Assembly: GCA_000934665.2 (NCBI GenBank)
Contig: JYFJ02000422.1
Coordinates: forward strand, 1-64,000
Reading direction: 5' to 3'
DNA length: 64,000 nt
From: Catajapyx aquilonaris
Taxonomy: Eukaryota
Below the pieces are notes generated by a model. That model saw only the letters and a program-made list of their open reading frames with translations. It made no database searches and had not been told where the DNA came from. A program made the position numbers and the translations under genes. This document shows, piece by piece, positions 12,224-42,660 of the stretch (positions within the stretch are counted from its first letter, which is position 1; every line of letters begins with the position of its first letter).

Positions 12224-12984
12224 GAGGGGTGTGGGGGAAAAGGGTGAGTAGCGTAATTTTTGTCATTTTTGACCTAAACCCCTAGAAACTACGTAAAAGA
12301 CATGACAAACAGTTAGGTATACTCCAAGTTCATGCATCATGCATGGCTACATGGACTAGATCAAAACCAGCATTCCCTATGATTTGTTAAGACTTAAGAG
12401 AATGCAAACTTAAGGCGGCGATATAGAAAATTCGGACTTCTTTGAGTTCCAACTCTGGCCGAAAGAGGAGACACTCGATCCCACCCTCCCTACACAAAAA
12501 AATGGTCGCGTTTGCGGTTGATCATTCCCTCTAGGCACAATAAAAACAGTGGAAATGAATATGAAAATGAATAAAATTAGAGTTCCCCCAACTTCTAGTA
12601 GTTCTCAAATCAGTCTAATTTTGACAAAATTATTATTTGCTGAGAGGTTATAGCTAAATATAAAAATCGGCTTTACAGATCCAGAGCACCTCATTTTTCC
12701 GCATTTTTGGTGCTTGTTACGACATGACTTAAAATTTTACGACGGCGTAAATTACTCCCGAATGCAAATTACTTTTTTAAATACTACATTAAGAATATGG
12801 GAAAAGTACAGTACACACGTGTAAGAGAGAGGTCAGTTACACTTACACAACATAAAAAAAATCGGTTCTGCTGTTGTTAGTTAGCGAGAACTTTACTCCC
12901 AAATTCTCTTGATCCCCTCCTTAAATTTATCCTCCTGGAAAATTACACTTTTGTGGGTTATCACCTTTTTCCACCACACCCCTC
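12224..12984. mobile_element. TIR element with GAG...CTC termini hosting a nested TTAA element
   Basis: GAGGGGTGTGGGGGAAAAGGGTGA ... TCACCTTTTTCCACCACACCCCTC; AAT on both flanks. Confidence 0.65.
12414..12920. mobile_element. TTAA-flanked MITE with GG termini (Kolobok-like)
   Basis: ttaa|GGCGGCGATATAGAAAATTCGGA ... TCCCAAATTCTCTTGATCCCCTCC|ttaa, imperfect TIR. Confidence 0.6.
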
Positions 12985-13255
12985 AATGTCCGTAATGCTA
13001 GGATGTTAAGGTGGCTGTGCTACTAAATGACTCAATCCTGCATTTATGTGCAAAATTGTGTCTGGACAGTACTTGTGGAAATGGTAAAAAAAATTATGTG
13101 TACAAATTGAGATGAGAGAAGTAAATGATAAATTAAACCCTAGCTCTGGACCTATTCGGTTTTGACTAAACAGTTAGTGTATTATGAATTTTAATGTGCA
13201 TGGTGTACTATTAGTGATGAATCAATTTATTTCAAAATATACTTTTTTGTTTCAG

Positions 13256-32703
<19,448 letters not shown>

Positions 32704-35700
32704 TTGCCAGTGTCAGGGGTGGATTCTCATGATTACTATTACCCATACTACAGCTATTACTATTATTATTATTATTACTGTTGTTGTTATTATTATTGTT
32801 ATTTTATTATTGCCTCTTTTATTGCTATTCTGTTCATTTTTATGATTAAATAGTTTTATTATTACTATTATAGTTGATTATGGGAAAAACATTCTGTGTG
32901 ATCTGGAAGTGGAATTTTAGTGTTTTGCTGGGAAGATATTTGCTTTATTATTATCCAACTAGCAGCTAACTTTCCTCTTGAGTTGAAAAGTAGTTGCCCC
33001 GTCCCCAAGCCTGCTTACTTAGGGTTTAATCACATGATTGGTCATTTTAAAAACCAAGGCCTCCTCAGGGTGTGCTAAGATTTTAAATGCCATTATAATT
33101 TTTGCCCAGCACCCACAGCTCAAAAATAAAAGAAGTTCGAATTCAGTTCAGCCCAAAAAGAGATAGCATGGTACATGTTTGGTGTGACTTTTCTGCGACA
33201 TAAATAGAGAAATCTAAATATATATATATATATAAAAATATAAATATATTTTTTTTTAGGGCGGGATGCAAATGAAAAAGGAAATAACAAGCACTGATAA
33301 AAAGTCAGTGTAGTCATTTAGTGGTACTTTTTTTCATTATTCAGAGAACAGCAATTTGTTTAGTGATTGGTGAGCATCTAATTTTTTTAAATAAAGCAGC
33401 TATTGTCACTTTGTACAAAGTAAACTGTGCGCACATGTCGATAACACACCTCTGTTAGCCAATCGACTGACTGAAATGTAATCAGAGCTGTCTTTCCACC
33501 ACAGTGAAATTTTGGAGTATATATAGTATTCCCTTTTAAAAATATTGCAAGGAAATGGGCATGACTTCCTGGTGCCTTCTGGAAGGCCGAATGTCAATTT
33601 CTGTACCTTTTTTTTTTCCACGCTATTTACCTTTGGCCTTATTTTAACCTCTTTGCCTTATTGAAACTATTACCTCCACTTACCAACTTCATTAATATTA
33701 TGAAAATTAAGTTGGAAGGGGGAAAAATGGAGTTGCATTCGAAATTGGAATCAGACCAATGTCATGTACAGAATGTTGCCTCATTTCACGCCCCTTAAAG
33801 GAAAGAGACATGATTTGTGACAGCACTTATTACTGCCAATATGTGAAGTTTTCAAACCTTCAAAGCACCCCTCCATTGCTGTGTAATGGAGTTAACTGTA
33901 AATGTGTTATTTTGCTCCCCCCATGTTAACAGTGGTGAAGAACTTATTTGTTGCATAGTTATGTTGATCAAAGATCAAATATTTGAAAGAAGAATGGTAT
34001 TGAAAGTGAGATACGTGCTAACACGCTAGAGCTATATCATTATACATATATGTATATATATATAATGATGTGAATGGGTTGTTAATGTTTTGGAACTTGT
34101 TTAATAATGGGGACATTTTTTTAAAGAAACCCAGAAATTACCTTTTAAAAGAAATATGCACCTGGCTTGTTGATGTTATAGCTGATCTAATGGATCTGTC
34201 AGAAAGCGCAATTTCCACTATCTTAGCACAACTGCATTTTGTTTTAGTTCAAAAAAATTATATCTCTTGTTCTAGAAGTTATTTATTGCTTATGTTTTAT
34301 AGTCGTTATAATTTATTAATTTACCAGTTTTTTCTCCCTTGGTTTCACCATAGTTATTTTTCTTTGTGACATTGCACATGTAGTTATCAGTGAATCAACT
34401 AAACTACTGGAGGTGAGGGAAAAGGAAAGTTAGGATCCAATGCACTGTACTTATGTTATTATTTTTTCCACAAAAAAGGAAGAAGAGCAAATCAACTCTG
34501 CACTCTAAGCTGTATAAAAAGTAACAAATTTGTACATAGCTCCAAACTTGATGTGCCAAGATTGTGTGTGCTGGGAATAATTTTTTGTTTCTTTTTTATT
34601 ACTGTTATTTTGAACGGGAAGGGAAATGGGCGTTACTTGTTCTGTTGTTTCCAAAGCGCGAGGACAGTGTGACTGAGTGTGCAAGTTTCAAGTTTTTCGA
34701 AAGGAACATGTTTTTAATTGTGACGATGGGTGGCTATTGTTACTGCCTTTGCAGTAGGTCTGAACTATGTTGCTAGTCCAAGTTATATACATATATATAT
34801 ATATATACATATATATATTTTTTGTTGTCAAGCTGGCTCCTTTCCTCCCCCACCTCCCAACAACCTTATTGTTATTGTAATATTTTACATTTAGTTTCTG
34901 ACCAGTGATAAAACCCAAAAGAAACAACACGCTTGCTCTAGTATGTTACAATGTCAGTTTGAATGCATTCTGAATACACAAGAAATATCTTCCCTCCCCT
35001 CCCTTGCGTTCTGGGGATTTTAAAGCTGTATAGAAACCCAGTGTGAAATCTAGTGATAAAGATGGTCAAGTTTTTCAGCAAAGGGGGAAAAATGAAACCA
35101 TCTGTAGTCTTACTGGGGGTTGGGGATAAGTAATTTTTAAAAGACACATTATTTTGCCTCACTTCGGTAGTCAAACTTAGGTGGGCGCTTTCAAGAAAAA
35201 AGAAAAAAAAAAATTGGTTGCAATTTTTTACAAAAGTTAATCAAATGAACAGTAACTGCTTGAATGTATGTAAAATGTCATTGTGAACTGACAGTTGTGG
35301 GGCATGCTCCCATCCACACGCTCATTAGGTTTGGCTCCAATCAGAGCTTGAGTAGTAGTAGAGGTAGTAAACCCCTACTCTTTCCCTGTCTATCAAAGAG
35401 AAGGGTGCACCATGCAATGGAAGAAGCACTTTGGAAACAAGTGACCTGTCCTGATCCTGGCTCTGGAAGACATAAAGAGGGGTGAAGGAACTTAATTTAC
35501 CAGAGATGGCTTATGGCAAACACCATACTGTGTGTCTGATATGGATGGCAAGAAATAACAAGAGAATTACAAGAAAATGGTTGTCCTTCTTGTCATTTTA
35601 TGGCAAGTATATTTAAAAGCTGTACCACAATGAGTCAAGTGCTGTGTTAATAATAAGGACTACGTTTCACAAGTTCCAGCCTTGCATTCACACTTAATCG

Positions 35701-36915
35701 CCATTTCATACACCCATCCTTGCCATTTCTGGGGATGAACATTGTTACATCAATATGTTGACCATGTTGAAAAATTCAGGTGAAAGTGGAACTCTGATTG
35801 AAATCAGACTGGATGTTTGGAATGCCCTTCGACTGGCTACCAGCACCTTGAACTATTACCTCTCAATGACTAAAGCACATGTTCCACTAGCTACTTTTCA
35901 TTTGATTGACTCTTGTAGGAAAAGTTTCAAAAAAAACAAAAAAAAATCCTTTTCCAGTTTTTATTTAGCTCTTAACCCAAATGTGCATTTGTTGCTCTTG
36001 CCACCCCTTACCCACCTTTCCACGAGAAATGGCTTCACATTATGTACAAATAAGCAAGCAGAGGCTGGTTGTACATGTTGCTGATTTTTAACTCCCTGAA
36101 AAAGAAGTGTGGTCAATATAATAATAGTAATAATTATAACAATGATGATAATAATAAGTGAGGGTTTTTTATAGACCACCAATCTTCCATCCCACCCAAA
36201 AAAAAGAAGACAAAATGGAAGAAAGAAGCAACCTGATGTCTTCGTGTCTTTCACTGTGACGCAGTCTCGGTCCTTCCAACAATTTTATCTTTTTTTCCCC
36301 CCCCTCCTCTTTTAGTAGCCAGAGGATGAAGTGACTGATTTGACTGTCAATGTACTATTTGTATAAAATTGGGGGGAAGGGGGAGGGGGGTAAGAAAATG
36401 GCTTTGGGTGTACAGTAAAGTAGGAGCATTGCAAGTAACCCTATGTGGGGGGGAGTATGAAAATATATAAAAATATATTTAAAAAGGACTATGCGACTAT
36501 CTTGTTTCCCGAACTCCCATGTAAGTACGTCCTTCAACTATGGTTCCCCTGGGACCTGCACCAATTTTTATTTATTTTTGACTTTTATGTAAACTCCCCC
36601 ACCCCAATTCCCAAGCAGACAGACATTGGCCATAGGCTTGACTTTCCAGCATCCAGATATTTTTATTTCTCTCTGTCACTTCCTGCGAACCCTGTGCACA
36701 TTGTATAAGAAGACAGCAAAAGAAGTGATTTGTCTAGGCCAGAAACTGTTAAGAAGATCCCAACCTCATCCCTATCTTACAGCTGAAGCATGACACAACA
36801 CACTTCCACCCCCCCCCCCCACCCACAAGTATGTTTCTGGATTGTATATTCAGACAGTGCTTCAAGGTCACTGTAAATTGTGTAATTGTGAATAAAAATT
36901 TACAATGTCTTATTT
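32704..36915 (+). other. Probable long Galpha-s 3' UTR with distal poly(A) signal AATAAA at 36891-36896 and proximal AATAAA at 33125 and 33390
   Basis: AT/U-rich, no recognisable TE, TGTA-rich (TGTATATA 34051, TGTACATA 34531). The end position is inferred, not demonstrated. Confidence 0.5.
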
Positions 36916-37859
36916 GCAAGAAAGATGGTGGTAATCATTGGTGTGGCTGACCTTTTTCTCAATTAGTTGTAACTTGAATATGACCATTCCCTCCGCCTTG
37001 TACATATGTTAGGTGCAGTGCGTGTGCGTGGTGCATTGCCTCTCTGTCAGCGGCGAGTAGATAAGACCTTTCCAGTGACAAAAAAAATTGAAAGCATTGA
37101 AAGTGTACTAGCCCATTTCCTTCTTTATTTTTGGCGCTCAACCCCCCNCCCTCCCTCCCCGGCTGCCTAGTGCCTACTCCCCACTGGGAGCAATATGGCT
37201 GTCTGGCTGTTTTGAAAATGTGGTGTCTGGCAGCGAGGGTCCTCCGGCTGCTCCCGATTCATGCCCATGCCGTCGGATGGCTGTCCAAGTGTCCAGAGGG
37301 ATGGTTGGTGAAGACCGATCCTCTGAGGGCCTTGACAAGATATACAGCACTTGCCATATCTGGTCAGGACAACTCACATACCGTATGGTTTTTCTGTGAT
37401 GCAGACCTTGCAGACCAGTTGTAGGGGGTGGTGCTGTGCCACACTGTAAACACCTGCAGTCTATCTGGTGCCTTGAAAACGACAGTGCTAATTGCATTTA
37501 AGTATATAGTTTGAATCCGTTTTTCTGTTTTGAAATGCCACTGTTTCATATTAATCACAACAAATGTTTAATGATTCATGAATGAGTGATTATCACAAAC
37601 TCTTCTAGTTTTAATTTAAAATTTAATTTAATTTAAAATTGTCACTCTTTCGTTACCAGATGGTTGTAGTAGGTGGTCGTCCAACAGATGTCACCCCTGG
37701 CCTGCCCCTTCGCCCACCCTGCCTTCGGACCAGAGAACTACCGGTAGGACAAGTCTTCTTTTCGTTTATGTGCATGCTACCCTCTGAAAACCTCCTCCAC
37801 CCACCCACGACCCCCCATTATTTTGGTGACGGGATAGGGTGGAGGGGGCCATGGGCGGG

Positions 37860-38910
37860 AAAAGGGGGATTCATTCATTCATTCATTCCGGTCTCAGCAC
37901 GCGAGCCCATGACGTCACGCACACCCCCATCCACCTCCTCTAGTTCCTGTTATTTTTTATCCTCCTCTTTACCCCCTTCCCCTACTCACACACATTTTCC
38001 GGTAGGCGGATATCGTGCGTGTTATTATGCGGACCCACACTCATGCCATTACTTACTGGCTGAGGGGCATACCCTTCCAGTATGTACTGCAAGGCGCGCC
38101 CTTATGCCCCGTATTTACACTTTTTAGCTGGTGCATGTAAACGGTCAGATTATATTGGCGATTAGTGACGTCGCAGGTGCTAGTCACGTTGCCCATATCA
38201 GTTCGTACTACGTGACCTGACACGAAGTCGACTTTGTACTGCACCCCCATTACATTCCGTCCATTGCTCATATGTGGTGTGATTCATTTTTGGGTGGACA
38301 TTAGTCGGTGCAAAACAGCACTTGACTCAGGGTGATCTATAAAAAAATTTAAAAATAAAAATAAAAATATCCATTTAAAGTTGTGCCGGGGTATCAAACA
38401 CAAATTCCGCAAAAAAATAAATAAGCACATTTCACTGTGTTTACAACTAATTTGAGCAGATACGCAGCCTGCATACCTAAACACCTATTATATGATCAGG
38501 ATTCGGGTAATCCATTCATTCCCTCCATGATCATAAAAAGCTGTCCGTGACATGTTCCGTTAAGCCACATAACGTGTTACAGCGAATATTGAATTCCCGT
38601 CCTGTTCCGGCCTTCGCAGAACAGGGCCTTCACTTCGCATGATTCTTCATTTCGGCGAAAAAGGGGCCGTCCCTGCACTTTATGAATGGATTGGGGTAGG
38701 GGGGGATGGGTTTGATGTTTGTTACTGGTAGGGTGGACCTTGTGATGCGTCATAACGAATCTTCTGGTTATGGGAAGTGACGGAGCAACAGGCTCAGTGA
38801 CGTCAGTTCTCAGCGCGTGCCTGTGACGTATTCGTTGCCGCAGGCCAATCGCGTCTGGCGGAAAAGGAACGGAGACGAATAAACTCCGCTCGGCGAAATA
38901 GGCCGGAATG
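37860..38910. promoter_or_regulatory. CRE-rich enhancer/promoter-like module upstream of C/EBP
   Basis: TGACGTCA at 37910 and 38798, several CRE half sites, GGAAGTGACG at 38773, CCAAT near 38845, CpG-rich. Confidence 0.55.
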
Positions 38911-40123
38911 TTGCCACTATTTTGAATTTTACCTACTTAGAAAATTCCAAAAACCTGGAATCTCGGGATTTTGGGTTCGTAGGAACGGACTGTGGGAGAG
39001 AGCAATTGTTTCAAATCGCGATTGTTTTGCAGGGTGGTCCTTGATGGTATGAATAATAATTACACATTGTAATGAAACACTGCTTTCATTATTTGTTAAT
39101 TTTACTGGACCGGGGTGTTTCCCTTTTGTGCGAACAGCCATACAATGCGTGCATGTTACTTCTTAATTTTGTGTCTCAAGTTTTGTTAAAATCTGGAAAT
39201 AATTAAGTAGTTTCAACTAAATTTTTGCGACTAATTACGGTTTAGCAATTATGTGACTATTAGTGTAGAAATCATTTTCATATTTTTTTACTTTTCCTAA
39301 TTTTTGCAAAATTCTTAAATTTTACGGTACATGATATCTTAACCAATGCTACTTATTTATTAGTTTACTGGCTTACGCCATGTGTGATGAACGACAGTTG
39401 AAATGAGCAACATTGGGATGTAACAAGAGGTATAATGGGGTGGCTTTTAGTACCAGTTACTCCCTGATTTTACAAAGCCATGCGTAGCCTGTGTACTGTA
39501 CGTACACGATGCATTGGAAGGAATATATACGTAGTAATTTTGTGCTAAAATTTTAGCGCACTTACTGCCCTGCCATTTGTAGCAATAGTAGCATTGTAAT
39601 TTATTTATAAATTTAATGCCGCATATTACAGCGCTCATTAGTGTTTCAGTGCATAAATAGCGAGCTTCCATCCTGTATAATTGGTACTATTAAAATATAC
39701 GTGTTACTAAATCAATAAAAAGTGTTAGATTCCCAGTATAGACCTGTAAGCATCGATTTCCTTGAGAGAAACAGCAGTCCAGGATGGGACATTTTACGTC
39801 GTCACAGATGTGAAGATCAATAAACCCCCATTTGTTTGTCGAGACATAAATCCGGACGCATCTTCCCATCCAGTTCCAATGAACTCACGGACTACGCAAA
39901 AGTCAGCTTATTGTATGCAAACCCCTGATAAGGGGAATCCCCCATCATCACGCACATTGGGTGCGTTTTACGTACGTTGTGGCCAGAGCCTACGTGTGTT
40001 ATCTGTTCTCCCATCCGACCCCCCCTCCACCTCCTTGAACTCCCACCACACCATACACCCACCCCTTGTAAGCCCCCAACCAACCGGGTGGGAGCCATCC
40101 CTCCCTGTTCAACTTACGCCTGG

Positions 40124-40208
40124 TGACGTAACAGTCCCCGCTAGTTGGCAGGCCTGAGTCGGTGGGCCGTCCGTTTATACTTGCTGCATTGGAGTGGCGC
40201 AGTCATTG
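40124..40208 (+). promoter_or_regulatory. Putative C/EBP core promoter: CRE-like TGACGTAA (40124-40131), TATA-like TTTATA (40174-40179), Inr-like TCATTG (40203-40208)
   Basis: About 30 nt TATA-Inr spacing, directly upstream of an ATG-free leader. Confidence 0.6.
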
Positions 40209-40455
40209 GGATCTAGGCCGCGCACGAGTACGGTCGGGAAGGCAGGAGACTACCAGACCGGTACAGCAAGGCATATACAACAACAACAACAACAAAAGAA
40301 GAAAGTGAGAGTGAGCGGGTTGCGAGTCCAGTAACGACGGCGTCTCTCCAGGAAATCCTGGCCGGACAGTGGGACAGTCGTCAATCGTGTGGTTCGCCTC
40401 CAGGCAGCGTGGCCAGTGGGAGTAGTAGCAGCGGAGTGTCCAGTTGCGGTTCACC

Positions 40456-40491
40456 ATGCCAAGCGGGCATGGAATCGCCACAGATGTATGA
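40456..40491 (+). promoter_or_regulatory. Out-of-frame upstream ORF ([11 protein letters not shown]) overlapping the C/EBP start codon
   Basis: caccATGc at 40456 is the first ATG after the putative TSS; TGA at 40489-40491; it spans the in-frame ATGs at 40469 and 40484. Confidence 0.75.
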
Positions 40492-41476
40492 TAGCTTCGA
40501 CGTCGCGAAGAAGCCCGCGGTGACGGTGACCGGGAACCACGCGCGACACGCCAAGGCAGCATCTGCGCCCTTTGCGCTCTCCGGGGACGAACTGGCGGAC
40601 CTGGCCAATCCAGAGATTTCGCTGGATCTCCAGGGACTCATCGACGACTCGCAGTTCAACGAGGGGCTCTTCCACGACTTCCTGGACAAAGGTAGCGGTC
40701 GGGGAAACAACAACAACGGGATCGTGCCTGTGCCAGTGACCAGCAGCCACTCGCCATCCTCCTCTTGCTCCTCTGTCTCGTCCTCATCCTCCGACTCGTC
40801 CTCGCCTCACACCCTGCAGCAGATACACCCATACCAACGAAACACCTTGGCGTATATGCCCCAGCCCGTACACTCGGGAGCTAGTTTCAACACCGAGGCG
40901 GCCGTGACCGTGAAGGAGGAACCACTGGAGCACCAAGAGTACAGCGCTTGCCGGCAGCAGCCAACCCCGGCTACCACGGCGGCCTTCGCACCAAACACGG
41001 GGTACAACGGCGGCTCGTACGTCGGCACCTCGTCGCAGTACAACGTCGCCCAGCACCACCACCCGCAGCAAGCTCAGCAACCTCAGCAACAGCAGCAACA
41101 GCAGCAGCATCATCACCACCACCATCACGATGCGCTGCGAGGGGTAAGCCACCAGTCCAAACTCCTAGCCAAGAAGGGCAAGCTGGTGGACAAGGGCAGC
41201 GACGAGTACAGGCGACGTCGTGAGAGGAACAACATCGCCGTTCGTAAGTCCCGCGAGAAGGCCAAGCAGCGCTCTCGGGAGACGGAGGAAAGGGTGAAGG
41301 GGCTGAGTAAGGAGAACGAGCGGCTCAACAAGCGGATCGAGCTGCTTACCGAAGAGCTGAACGTGCTGCGGACGTTCCTGGCCAATGTCGGGGTGGTGCC
41401 GGAGCAGCTCTCCAGGGAGATCGCCAAGCACCTGGAGAACTTCCAGCAGCAGCATCAGAACCTGGGCGGGATGTGA
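40469..41476 (+). CDS. C/EBP: Intronless CCAAT/enhancer-binding protein (C/EBP; slbo/CEBPA-B-like), 335 aa from the first in-frame ATG
   Basis: Starts MESPQMYD (context ggcATGg). Transactivation-box-like segment [37 protein letters not shown]-type motif VKEEP, poly-Q/poly-H tract, basic region [25 protein letters not shown] and leucine zipper. The ORF track start at 40409 is a GTG. Confidence 0.97.
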   Translation: MESPQMYDSFDVAKKPAVTVTGNHARHAKAASAPFALSGDELADLANPEISLDLQGLIDDSQFNEGLFHDFLDKGSGRGNNNNGIVPVPVTSSHSPSSSCSSVSSSSSDSSSPHTLQQIHPYQRNTLAYMPQPVHSGASFNTEAAVTVKEEPLEHQEYSACRQQPTPATTAAFAPNTGYNGGSYVGTSSQYNVAQHHHPQQAQQPQQQQQQQQHHHHHHHDALRGVSHQSKLLAKKGKLVDKGSDEYRRRRERNNIAVRKSREKAKQRSRETEERVKGLSKENERLNKRIELLTEELNVLRTFLANVGVVPEQLSREIAKHLENFQQQHQNLGGM

Positions 41477-42660
41477 TGTGATCAGCCGATGGTGCGGCGG
41501 TACAGAGTGGCCTGAACAGTGCTGGCGACATTGGACCATTTATAAGCCCCGGACTGTCTGGACCGACAGCTGACGCTTGTACGGCCGCCAACACCTTTGT
41601 AGGCAGGTCAAATCTCTCAAAACCGATTCCGTCATGATTATGTGATTTGTGTGTGCGATACCCGTCCCATAAGAAAAAAAAACAAACAAAAATCCCCCCA
41701 CCCACCCAAGAACACGTAACACATACATACCACACACACACATCCCCTCCCCCCACTATTTAAAGAGAGGCAAAAGGGATTATTCAAATCATCTCATTTT
41801 TTTTTGAGGAAGTGTAGGGTTGTTACCTGTCAGCTACAGGCTGGGAGTTCAAAAGTGCTCAAAGAAAAAGGAAAGTTTAAAAAAAAAGGAACTTTGGAGA
41901 GCAGCTACTGTGCTCCCCGCTTGTACATTCCGATCAAAATAACTGATGACTATTTTTTATCGTAATTTATATCATGTAATTATTTGTTGGGTGTTTCACC
42001 ACCTGGGTGGTTGTTCATTGTTACTGGTTCCTAATAATCACATACAAGTGTGTTTTTTTTGGTGCAGATTTTGAGATGGGTAACAACCTGTTAGCAAGAC
42101 ACAGAGTTTATCACAGTGTCAGCACGATTTAAGTCAAATATTGTTAATGTTTAAAAGATCTAGGTTGTATTGTACTTCAGGAACGAAAGTGCTTGTTACA
42201 AAAAAAATATTGGAACACTGGTGCTGTTACTGGCCTGTTTTTTTCTCCTCTTTTTTGTTAACCAGACAGACTGAGAGCATCTCTACAGAAAAATAACCCT
42301 CACCTTTTTTTTAGTGATTTTGGAGGGTCTTCTGTCGAATCCATCCATTTTTTGGTCATAGAGTACTTGAAAAAATGGAAGAAAAATAGATGTGCCTGAA
42401 ATATTTACCTTTGATTTAGTAAGTAGTGTACGTTGGTTTATGTACTACATGTAAGTTTTGTAAATGAGGAATCCAGATAATCAAACTTAAATGTAGGTAT
42501 ATGAAGAGGGCAAGCCCATTGTTTTTTTGCAATGATGGGATTGACTTGTATTTATTACAAGTATTTATTTACAAATTGGCTGGTTGGGCACCATGAAAGA
42601 ATTTTAAATAAGGTGATGATGATGACAAATATATTTTGATAGGAATATGGAGACTTCTTT
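41477..42660 (+). other. Probable C/EBP 3' UTR with AU-rich elements
   Basis: U-rich; TATTTATT and TATTTATTTA at about 42549-42571; no canonical AATAAA seen, variant AATATA near 42627. End inferred. Confidence 0.45.

Noticed and set aside
1..13255. Galpha-s coding exon 1 (MGC...HRLLLLG)
   Set aside because: No matching sequence found by eye; it most likely lies upstream of the window.
41474..41515. Stop-codon readthrough of C/EBP
   Set aside because: The context is TGA-T, not the leaky TGA-C, and the extension is short with no supporting features.
40203..41756. Several antisense and alternate-frame ORFs over C/EBP
   Set aside because: Shadow ORFs expected from GC-rich coding sequence; no recognisable domains.
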